A DNA stretch of 64,000 nt from Halobacteriovoraceae bacterium (GTDB lineage: Bacteria; Bdellovibrionota; Bacteriovoracia; Bacteriovoracales; Bacteriovoracaceae): assembly GCA_002712005.1 (NCBI GenBank), contig PASP01000003.1, forward strand, positions 59,383 to 123,382. The letters are read 5' to 3'. Of this stretch, positions 26,208-34,604 are shown piece after piece. The notes below the pieces were generated by a model. That model was given only the letters and a program-made list of their open reading frames with translations, had not been told where the DNA came from and did not search any database. Position numbers and translations under genes: made by a program. Position 1 is the stretch's first letter, and each line of letters starts with the position of its first letter.

Positions 26208-29200
26208 CTAGGAGAGGGAGAGTGTGCTTTCTCCAAAGTTGTTCTTGTTGATTTCGATGCGTACAGGAATTTGAGAAGTGAGGGAAGTAACATGGGAAAT
26301 GAGACCGATTTGCTTTCCTCGACTTTGAATGGCCATTAGGCAATCGAGAACTTGAGAGATACTCTCTTCATCAAGAGTCCCGAAGCCTTCATCAATAAAG
26401 AAACTTTCTACTTCCGTTTGACCGCGAGTTATATCGGAAAGGCCCATGGCCAAACCGAGACTGAGTAAGAAGGTTTCCCCACCTGAGAGAGTTGATACCT
26501 TCCTTTGGGTTCCGCCATTCCAGTGATCGATGACCATAAATTCTGACTTCTTGCCTGCTTTAGCGTGGAGCAATTGATAGCGACCTTCTGCGAGTGAACT
26601 TATCTCATGATTGGCCATTTCAAGAAGTGTGTTTTCAAGAATAGTAAGAGCGCAATCCCTAAATCTGTCCTTTCCGATATAGTGATTAAGGGTTTCAAAG
26701 CGATCCCAGTCTTTCTTCTTTTGTTTGAGCTCTTTTTTGAGTTGAGATATACGCTCTTGTTGGGATTCATAGGTCTTGATTTCCTGCTCAATTGCAGCAT
26801 AGCTCTTATTAAAGTTTTGAAGAAATCGTTTCGCCAATTCCATCTGTGGGGCGACTGATTCTAAGTGAAAGCGCTTATCCAGGAGAAACTCATCTTGAGC
26901 ATAGGGGATAGGTTTCTTCTTTTGTGCGTTATCTCCTTCTTCAAAACTTTTCCAAGGGCGCGAGATATATTTGGATATAAGAGAGAGCCAATATTCAAAG
27001 TCCTTTGTTTGATCGACATAAGGAGCTTCTAGTAGGATTTCAGAAGCCTCTTGTTTCTCAAATAATGATTTCATCCTAGTGAATTCGTTATGAAAATTTA
27101 GCTCTTTGAGCTTATGAGAGGAAGATGAAATTTCATCTGCATAGAGAAGATGGAGCTTTTCTAATTCGATGAGCCTATCTTTTAAATTTTTAATTTGCTC
27201 TGTGGCCTGTCTAAAGGTGGTTTCGTGATCAATCTTTTCTTTATTTAATTTATCCTTTCGATCACGAAGGCCTTCTAATTCTTCCTCTGAGTGGGCTAAA
27301 ACTTCTTCTGGGTTTTTAGGATATTTATTGATGCTTTCTTTATTATAGAAGGCCGTGAGCTCTTTAGATAATTCTTTAAGCTGATCTTCCAAATTCTTTT
27401 CTTTCTTTTTAAGAAGAAGACTATCCTTTTCAAGATTCTCTATGATTTCGGAAAAGGAATCTTCTCTTTGCTTGAGTAAAATGATTCTTTGAAGAGAGTC
27501 ATTGAACTTGACGAGATTGTCCTTCTCTTGCATCCATTGAGTTAAAACTTCTTCTAAGGAGTTGCTCTCTCTTTTATGATCTTCTTCATGCGATGGGTTT
27601 TGGGCCTCAAGAAAAGTTTTGAGGGCTTTCGTTAAGTGACTTTGACTTATTCCTAGATCAAAAGATTCAAACTCAATTCTATGTTTAGATATCTTTTCTC
27701 GGAGAATATCTAACTTACGAATATTCTCTTGATATTGTTCATCCCATGACTTCCACTTCTGACTTAGAGATGAGCGTAACTCCATAAAGTGAGTTAACTC
27801 ATAGAGGGCCTGTGAGAGAGATATTACATACTTTTCCCATTCTTCTGGAGAATCAATGGCGAGTTTTTTGATTTGAATTAAATTCTCATTCTTTTTTTGA
27901 ATGGATTCTTTTATCCGTTCAACTTCTTTGGCCGTCTCCTCAATATTCTTTTTTAAGTGGGTATCATTATATTGGCGCTTTTGAAGATCTTTTTCTAAGC
28001 TTTGAATATTCTCTCTAAGTTCGTCCTCTTTCTTTTTTACGGCATCTATATTCTCTTTGAGGGGGAGGAAGATTGAGTCCCACTCTATATCTGTGCTGTG
28101 GCAGACTGGGCAAGGGGTTGAGTTGTCTAGGTGGTGGTTTTCCTTATGGTTTTCTTTATGACCATCTCTTTGGTCATGTACGAGGGATTCGTAACTTAAT
28201 TTTAAGATTTGCCAGCGTTTATTTTCCTTCTGGGTGATTTCGAATTTCTCTTTCTCTTGTTCAAACTGATTGATCTCTAATTCTATCTGTTTTGCATTAT
28301 CGGCCTTTTCTAGTTGTAACTGCTCAGCCTTTGTTCTGAGTTGTGAGAGTTGAGAATTTAGGTGCTCTAGTTCTATTTCTAATTTCTGTGACTGAGTTTT
28401 ACTTTCTTTATTTTGAGTGAGCTTATATTCCGTTGACTCTTTTGATTTTTCGATGAGATCTTTTAAGTCATTAAAGGATCCTCTCTCAAAATGAAGGTTA
28501 AGATCCATGGCCAAATCTTTAGAGTTTTCATCCGAGAGGGATGTCATAAGTTTCTTCTTAAGGTCCCTAAGGAGCTCTATTCTCTTATTCTTTCCCTCTT
28601 TTTCAATCTCTTGTCGTTGTTGATAGATATTTTCTATTTGAAGCTTGTTTTGCTTATATTCACGTAAATCTTGAATTGTTTCTTCCATTAGGGATAGAGA
28701 ATGTTTCGAATGATCTAGCTTTTCTTTAAGATTGATATTTTCTGCCAGACTTTCTTCTTTTAAGCTTTCTTTGAAGCTCTCTTTTATTTTTGCGGTAATT
28801 TCTTTTCTGTTTTCTTCACGTTCTATTTTCTTAGATTCTATACTCTGATTTTTGGAGTTGAGATGAGTTTGATTTTCAACCTGTTGAGCGAGGAGCTCTT
28901 TTTCTTGGCCTTGAAGTTTTTCTAGATTTTGCTTGTGAACGATGGCCTCTTTAAGAAAAGGTCTCTTCTCCTTAAATTCACTTTGAAAATTGAGAAATTT
29001 CTTTTCCGCTTCATTTAAATCTTTAATGGCCTGGTTAAGGATGGTTTGTGTCTCTTCAATTTCGTGATTCTTCTTGGTCAGTTGTTCATTGATTTCTAAT
29101 GATTTTTGTTTGAGCGCAATATCTTCTTTGGTTTTATTGAAAATTAAACTAATTTCTTTTTCGAAAACTTCTACAACTTCTAGAAATTGGGCGCATTCAC

Positions 29201-29837
29201 CTAGAAGTGTTTTCTTCATTTTGAATTCTTCAGGAGATAGGGGGGTTGCGAAATGAGATTGACCTTCAAGAGACTTTATCTCTGTTTCAAGTGCACTTAG
29301 TCTTGCACGTAGAGTTTTCCCTATATCTTTGAGTTGGTCATGACCCATGAGCTTTTCGAGAATTTCCTTACGATCTTTAAAGTTCGCTGTAAGAAAGTCA
29401 GAAAATTGTCCTTGATTGAGGATGACAACTTTTGAGAATTGCTTCCAGTCAAGTCCAAGTACTTCTTGAGCATTTGTTTCTTCAATATCCCCATTTTTCT
29501 TCCATACTCTTTGAATGAGGGGAGACTTTCGTGGACTTCCATCTTTTTTTAAGGTTTGGCAGCTCCAGGTGACATTATAAATAGAATTCTGTAAGGAAAA
29601 TTGCAGCTCAATTCTTCCAAAAGGACAATGGGTGGTCACAAGATCTGCTGCATTTAATCCTTTGTGGTTTTCGGCATAAAGGGCCATGGCCATGGCCATA
29701 AGTAAGGTCGATTTTCCCGAGCCCGTTGGACCTGTGATGGCAAAGAGGTCGCTTTGTTTACTGATTTCATCGAAATCAATTCGATGTTTTCCTTTTAAGC
29801 TTGTTATATTTTCAAGTTCTAGATACTGAAACCTCAT
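26208..29837 (-). CDS. sbcC: Exonuclease SbcC (SMC-like ATPase)
   Basis: Walker A GPTGSGKST, long coiled coil with a central zinc hook CPVCHS, LSGGETFLLSLGLAMGL, and Walker B FFIDEGFGTLD. The start overlaps the sbcD stop (ATGA). Confidence 0.93.
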   Translation of the reverse strand: MRFQYLELENITSLKGKHRIDFDEISKQSDLFAITGPTGSGKSTLLMAMAMALYAENHKGLNAADLVTTHCPFGRIELQFSLQNSIYNVTWSCQTLKKDGSPRKSPLIQRVWKKNGDIEETNAQEVLGLDWKQFSKVVILNQGQFSDFLTANFKDRKEILEKLMGHDQLKDIGKTLRARLSALETEIKSLEGQSHFATPLSPEEFKMKKTLLGECAQFLEVVEVFEKEISLIFNKTKEDIALKQKSLEINEQLTKKNHEIEETQTILNQAIKDLNEAEKKFLNFQSEFKEKRPFLKEAIVHKQNLEKLQGQEKELLAQQVENQTHLNSKNQSIESKKIEREENRKEITAKIKESFKESLKEESLAENINLKEKLDHSKHSLSLMEETIQDLREYKQNKLQIENIYQQRQEIEKEGKNKRIELLRDLKKKLMTSLSDENSKDLAMDLNLHFERGSFNDLKDLIEKSKESTEYKLTQNKESKTQSQKLEIELEHLNSQLSQLRTKAEQLQLEKADNAKQIELEINQFEQEKEKFEITQKENKRWQILKLSYESLVHDQRDGHKENHKENHHLDNSTPCPVCHSTDIEWDSIFLPLKENIDAVKKKEDELRENIQSLEKDLQKRQYNDTHLKKNIEETAKEVERIKESIQKKNENLIQIKKLAIDSPEEWEKYVISLSQALYELTHFMELRSSLSQKWKSWDEQYQENIRKLDILREKISKHRIEFESFDLGISQSHLTKALKTFLEAQNPSHEEDHKRESNSLEEVLTQWMQEKDNLVKFNDSLQRIILLKQREDSFSEIIENLEKDSLLLKKKEKNLEDQLKELSKELTAFYNKESINKYPKNPEEVLAHSEEELEGLRDRKDKLNKEKIDHETTFRQATEQIKNLKDRLIELEKLHLLYADEISSSSHKLKELNFHNEFTRMKSLFEKQEASEILLEAPYVDQTKDFEYWLSLISKYISRPWKSFEEGDNAQKKKPIPYAQDEFLLDKRFHLESVAPQMELAKRFLQNFNKSYAAIEQEIKTYESQQERISQLKKELKQKKKDWDRFETLNHYIGKDRFRDCALTILENTLLEMANHEISSLAEGRYQLLHAKAGKKSEFMVIDHWNGGTQRKVSTLSGGETFLLSLGLAMGLSDITRGQTEVESFFIDEGFGTLDEESISQVLDCLMAIQSRGKQIGLISHVTSLTSQIPVRIEINKNNFGESTLSLS

Positions 29838-31198
29838 GGGGATTCACCTCTTTCACCTTTTTCATCTTTTTCATCTTGGGAAGAAGTTTTTCCGTAGGTA
29901 TGGGTGAGTTCATGGAAGGTTTCTTTTATTCTTTCTTTGTCTTTTGAAGGGACTCCCTCTTCTTCGAGATAGAGGTCAAAGAGTTCATCAATTTGGGCCG
30001 TTTGAATTTTCTTGGCATCGATTCCTTTATTGGAATCTTGATCGAGATTCTTCTGGTTGATGATCTGATAGTAATTGAGTAGTTCTATATTCTTTTCTTG
30101 AAGATATTCCCTAATCGTGTCGATGAAACTTGGCTCAGGGGTGTCGAATTTTAAGGTAAGTTCCAAAAAAGCCTCTAGATCAGTATATTGATCACTTTCT
30201 GCTTTTAGAATTTCATCGAGATCATCTGTCCACTTATCCGGTGTAGATTCTATTTGGAGAAGCTTTCTCATGGTGGGAATGGGGATTTGCCTTAATTGAA
30301 TGGACTTATCCTCTAATTGAGTTTCAAATTCGTATATATTGATTTTCTTTTGTTCCCTTTCACTAAAGCGCATAGGAATAGGGGAGCCGCTATAGTAGGC
30401 CATAGGGTTTTCTTTCTTGATACATTGGGGCTTATGAATATGACCCAAGCAGAGTAAGTCCCAATCAGAAAAAAGCCCTAATGGTAGAGAAGCAAGTCCG
30501 GAAAGCCCTACCCCTTGTTCAGAGCCCGATTCCATGAAACTTCCATATAAGTGGTGGCCAACGAAAATATTGTAATCCTTCTTCGCGAGATCCCATTTTC
30601 CTAGCCAGAATTCTATGGCCCTTAGAAGGATTTGATCAGGAGAGATATCTGTTCCCCTTTCTTCTTTATTTGACTTATCCGACTTGTCCGAATTCTTATT
30701 TTGTTCAAGAAGTGCAGGATCTTTTAAGAGAAGGTCGGATGATCTAAAGAAGGGAAGAAGGCCAATTTGAATGGGTCTTTCTCTATCATTTCTCTGGTAG
30801 GTAACTTTATGATCTCTTTGCCAGAAGGCCAAGGCTTTGTCTTCGTCCCTTTGTCCATTTTCGTTATAGGGTCTTCCTAGTATATGAAATTTGGAACTGA
30901 GGAGATTTGTGGGGGCTTCAATTAATTTAGCACTATCGTGGTTGCCGGCAATAACGATTACTTTTTTAAGGCAAGTGAGATCATCAATTTTTCGGTAGAA
31001 ATCAAATAGGCCTTTAAGGGCATAGCTTGGGGGGAGAGGAGTATCGAAGATATCCCCAGCTATGATGAGAACCTCTACCTGTTCATCTTTAATTACATTG
31101 ATGAGCCATTCTAGAAAGGCCTGCTGTTCAGGCCATCGTTCTTTTTTATAGAGTTTTTTGCCAAGGTGCCAATCGGAGGTATGAAGTACTTTGACCAT
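29834..31198 (-). CDS. sbcD: Exonuclease SbcD (Mre11-type nuclease)
   Basis: LHTSDWHLGKKL, IIAGDIFD, IAGNHD and CLGHIH are calcineurin-like phosphoesterase motifs in Mre11/SbcD order. Confidence 0.95.
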   Translation of the reverse strand: MVKVLHTSDWHLGKKLYKKERWPEQQAFLEWLINVIKDEQVEVLIIAGDIFDTPLPPSYALKGLFDFYRKIDDLTCLKKVIVIAGNHDSAKLIEAPTNLLSSKFHILGRPYNENGQRDEDKALAFWQRDHKVTYQRNDRERPIQIGLLPFFRSSDLLLKDPALLEQNKNSDKSDKSNKEERGTDISPDQILLRAIEFWLGKWDLAKKDYNIFVGHHLYGSFMESGSEQGVGLSGLASLPLGLFSDWDLLCLGHIHKPQCIKKENPMAYYSGSPIPMRFSEREQKKINIYEFETQLEDKSIQLRQIPIPTMRKLLQIESTPDKWTDDLDEILKAESDQYTDLEAFLELTLKFDTPEPSFIDTIREYLQEKNIELLNYYQIINQKNLDQDSNKGIDAKKIQTAQIDELFDLYLEEEGVPSKDKERIKETFHELTHTYGKTSSQDEKDEKGERGESP

Positions 31199-31215
31199 AG
31201 AAGACTCGTCTTTTA

Positions 31216-32772
31216 TTAAGACTGATCACCTTGGGAAGAAGAATTTTGTTTCTTTTGCCCTTCCTTTGAAGTCCCGCTCTTCTTTCTTCTTCTTTTTCGA
31301 TTGTTACGAGCTTTCTTATTTTGAGAATCACTCGATTGATTTTTGCCCTGAGCAGAGTCCGAGGAGGAACGATCATTTCTTTGCGATTTTGATCTTCCTT
31401 GTTGGTTGGACTTATTTGGTCTGTTTCCACTTCTTTTAGAGGATTTCTTCTTTCTCGGTTGAGAATGGATTTCTGAAGATCCTTCGTTTTGAGAGGCTTC
31501 TTCTGTCTTTGCCTCTCTTTTTTGATTATCCTCTGAAGGATCTATAGAGGTATCCGAAGTAGAATTTGCAGAAGAATTTAAAGAAGAGGTGTCACCCTTC
31601 TTCACAATATGACTCTCATTCTTAAGTGCTTTGATGTTGGCCATGGCCTTTTCATCATCAGAGAGGTTGGCATTGAAATGGCTGGCCATCTCACTTTCCA
31701 TTTCTTCTAAACCAATCACTTGTGAGGTTTCATTGACTACATGGCGAAAGCTTTCGGGAAATTTATAGTCCTTCCCTAAGTTCTTGCCTTGGGAGAATTG
31801 TGATTTAGCGTAACGGCGGATTTGGCCTTTTTCGGTAATCATATCAAATTGTTCAATGAGAATATGAAGTTTGGTAACTTTACCGATATCGCCATTTTTG
31901 GCCTTGAGAAACATCCCTTCTCGAGGAAGAGTCTTTCTCTTGTCCGTGTAGACATGATCTTCGTACTTGATACAGCATTTGATTTGTCCACATACCCCAT
32001 TTATTTTAGAGGGAATGAGCGCCAAGTTTTGGTTCTTGGCCATTTTGATAGTTACATTGCCATAATTCTTTAAAAAGGTAGAACAGCAGGTAGCAAGACC
32101 ACATGATCCAATTGAACCTAGCGCTGCTGCTCGGTCGCGCACGCTAATTTGACGTAATTCAATTCTCATTTTGAGCTCACCCACAAGTTGTTTGACGAGC
32201 TCTCTAAAGTCAACTCGAGAAGGGGCTGTGAAATAGAAGACCATTTTCTTACCGAATTGAATGATTTCAACATGGGTGATTTGCATATCGAGACCAAGTT
32301 TTTCAATGATCTGAACGGCCTTCATTTCAGCCTTTTTCTGCTCATCTATATTTCCTTGCATGGCCTCTATGTCGGTTTGGTCTGCGGCTTTAGAAATGGA
32401 GCGAATGGGTAACATGTCTTTCTTAAATTTAACGGTATAGGGAAAGCTGTTAATATAGCCAACATCCATTCCACGATCACTCATGGCCACAACCTTTTGG
32501 CCGTAGGCAAAGGTCCTCTTACCTTGAAGAAAGGGAAAACTTCGTGAATTTCCTGGAAATCTTACTCTAACTAAAGAGATTTCATCGCCTTCTTTCCAGC
32601 GAGTTGATGATTCTTCAGATTCAAGAGAATGATCACTATTTCCTTGGTCAGGATTTGATTGAGATTTGGATTTTATATCTTCACTGACATTTCTACTGAC
32701 TTCTGTAAGCCCTTCATTTGAAGACGTAGACTCAGAGTCCACTTCAGCGGGATTGATTTCATTTTCATTCAT
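31216..32772 (-). CDS. PSP1-domain protein (RicT/YaaT-like) with long low-complexity N- and C-terminal extensions
   Basis: The core (FYFTAPSRVDFRELVKQLVGELKMRIELRQISVRDRAAALGSIGSCGLATCCSTFL...INGVCGQIKCCIKYE) is the PSP1/RicT pattern. The position after tmk-holB matches Firmicute tmk-holB-yaaT synteny. The C-terminal 150 aa are Ser/Asn/Lys/Arg-rich. Confidence 0.85.
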   Translation of the reverse strand: MNENEINPAEVDSESTSSNEGLTEVSRNVSEDIKSKSQSNPDQGNSDHSLESEESSTRWKEGDEISLVRVRFPGNSRSFPFLQGKRTFAYGQKVVAMSDRGMDVGYINSFPYTVKFKKDMLPIRSISKAADQTDIEAMQGNIDEQKKAEMKAVQIIEKLGLDMQITHVEIIQFGKKMVFYFTAPSRVDFRELVKQLVGELKMRIELRQISVRDRAAALGSIGSCGLATCCSTFLKNYGNVTIKMAKNQNLALIPSKINGVCGQIKCCIKYEDHVYTDKRKTLPREGMFLKAKNGDIGKVTKLHILIEQFDMITEKGQIRRYAKSQFSQGKNLGKDYKFPESFRHVVNETSQVIGLEEMESEMASHFNANLSDDEKAMANIKALKNESHIVKKGDTSSLNSSANSTSDTSIDPSEDNQKREAKTEEASQNEGSSEIHSQPRKKKSSKRSGNRPNKSNQQGRSKSQRNDRSSSDSAQGKNQSSDSQNKKARNNRKRRRKKSGTSKEGQKKQNSSSQGDQS

Positions 32773-32933
32773 ATAGGAACTAACTCATTTCTTAATTTTG
32801 GGAGAAAAAGAAGGGGTTCTCATCCAGCACACTCTTTTTCTTTGCTAACTACAATAGTGGCCAAAATTTATATGGCCGTCTAGGTTAAGCGCACCATATC
32901 ATTGAAAAAGAGGCCACTTTATTCGAACTTTCT

Positions 32934-33659
32934 TCAGTCACCATAAACTTTATGGGCAGTAGATTCAATTACGCATCTCAGTAGACCATAGAATCTCTCA
33001 GATGGGGAATTATTAAAGGTTTCGGCCTTATCAAACCATTTTATTTCTTCAAGCCAATGTTGCTGAGCGTAGAGAGTGTGATTGGGTGTAAGCATATAAT
33101 CATTCATGGTTTGGTAGAGCCACGATCTTAGTTGAGGTGCTTCCTTTATTGCGTCTAATGCCAGATGGTAATGGGATGGCCTTTCACAATATTCATCTAA
33201 TTTCTTACGAGCTGATTTGGGGAGCTCCCAATGGGCAGAGAGCTTCTTGAGAAAAGTGCTAAAGTCTTCGTGTTCCTCAGGTATAGGATAGGTCTCGTTG
33301 AGATCTTCGCTCTGTACTCTAAGAGTAATAGCACGAGATTCTATGGTGTTGAGAAGAGGGACTTGATTTTCCACTAAGAATAAAGTGGTAACATTGGCCG
33401 TAGGTTCTTCAAGGGGTTTGAGCCATTTGTTGGCAAAGTATTCACTGATAAGTTGACCTTTGTCGACAAAAATAAATTTCTGCTCCAATTCCATAGGTCC
33501 ATATTGAACGGCCTTAAAATAGGAATTCATATGGGGGTCATCTACCTTATAAGCTTTATGGTCTTGGAGTGGTTTTGCTCTTCCTTTATTCTTTTCTGAT
33601 CCGCCTTCACTTTCTATCTCTTTAGTAATAAAGAGGAGGTCACTATGACCAAGCTTCAC
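32934..33659 (-). CDS. holB: DNA polymerase III delta' subunit (HolB), C-terminal 241-codon ORF. The N-terminal 49 codons (33845..33699) are in the same frame but separated by an in-frame TAG (33698..33696).
   Basis: QKFIFVDKGQLISEYFANKWLKPLEEPTANVTTLFLVENQVPLLNTIESRAITL matches the delta' sensor/box motifs (LLKtLEEP, TI.SR). The upstream in-frame segment MSTTSAENLLLRLYKNQRLAPFYIIRGPLSSNYCPLLEWAHEFSNLLLQ-TAG-ANGLSPQEASDKVKLGHSDLLFI gives a normal-length HolB of about 304 aa if read through. Confidence 0.8.
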   Translation of the reverse strand: MKLGHSDLLFITKEIESEGGSEKNKGRAKPLQDHKAYKVDDPHMNSYFKAVQYGPMELEQKFIFVDKGQLISEYFANKWLKPLEEPTANVTTLFLVENQVPLLNTIESRAITLRVQSEDLNETYPIPEEHEDFSTFLKKLSAHWELPKSARKKLDEYCERPSHYHLALDAIKEAPQLRSWLYQTMNDYMLTPNHTLYAQQHWLEEIKWFDKAETFNNSPSERFYGLLRCVIESTAHKVYGD

Positions 33660-33853
33660 TTTATCAGAGGCCTCTTGGGGAGAAAGCCCATTGGCCTATT
33701 GTAAAAGGAGGTTCGAGAATTCATGGGCCCATTCAAGCAAGGGACAGTAGTTGGAAGAGAGAGGCCCGCGAATAATATAAAAGGGAGCTAATCTCTGATT
33801 TTTATAGAGTCTAAGAAGAAGATTTTCAGCACTAGTGGTACTCATAGGTAAGA

Positions 33854-34546
33854 TCAGAGGTCACTAGTTTCTTGTGATTGAGTTAATAAACTCTCAACTC
33901 TCGCCACGATATCCTGATGAACAAGTTCTAGGTCTTGATTGCCATTAATCGTTTTAATACGATCAGAGAAAATCTCTGCAGCTCGGTCATAGCCTTCGAC
34001 CAACTTGTCATAAAAGTTGTCCCCTTGTTTTTCAAAATAATCTTTAGGGGCATTTCTCATTTTTTGACGAGTATGGGACAGATCAGCAGGAATTCTTAAG
34101 TAGAAGCTGAGATGCGGGGTTAGAGTTAGAGGAAAACTCAGGTGAGTTCTCATAACAGTTTCGATCCCCAATGATCTTGCCACACCTTGATAGGCGATGG
34201 TGGAGTCAATATAGCGATCGTAGATTATAACAGTATTAGGGACACCAAGTTCCTTAAGAGTTACTTCTTGTAAAAGTTGCGCTCGAGAAGAAGCAAAGAG
34301 ATGAAGCTCAGCTACAGGATGGATAGGGCTTTGAGAATTGAGGATGGCCTGTCTTAGTTTTTCACCAAAGACTGTGCCACCAGGCTCTCTTAAAACCAAT
34401 ACGCGAAAATTCTTATTTTCGAGATATTCCTTTAATTTAATAATTTGAGTTGATTTACCAGCACCTTCAATTCCTTCAAAGGAGAAGAAATAACATCCTG
34501 GAAATGCGGGGGCTCTGAAATGTGTAGCTAGTTCTTTAATATCCAT
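33854..34546 (-). CDS. tmk: dTMP kinase
   Basis: FEGIEGAGKSTQI (P-loop), LREPGGT and DRYIDSTIAYQG. Confidence 0.96.
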   Translation of the reverse strand: MDIKELATHFRAPAFPGCYFFSFEGIEGAGKSTQIIKLKEYLENKNFRVLVLREPGGTVFGEKLRQAILNSQSPIHPVAELHLFASSRAQLLQEVTLKELGVPNTVIIYDRYIDSTIAYQGVARSLGIETVMRTHLSFPLTLTPHLSFYLRIPADLSHTRQKMRNAPKDYFEKQGDNFYDKLVEGYDRAAEIFSDRIKTINGNQDLELVHQDIVARVESLLTQSQETSDL

Positions 34547-34604
34547 GTCAGTATATTAGACGGATAATTATGCAAAATGAACCTTTTTTTAGGGGGGAGA
34601 GATT

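Noticed and set aside
26208-31198. SbcC/SbcD-like pair considered as a possible SMC/Mre11-type anti-phage module, especially with a ParB-fold gene next to it.
   Set aside because: All canonical SbcCD motifs are present, including the zinc hook. The pair has the standard ATGA-overlap organisation and is embedded in a housekeeping gene string (tmk, holB, ricT). No additional defence-type effector is present. The ParB-like gene is convergent and separated by a strong terminator.
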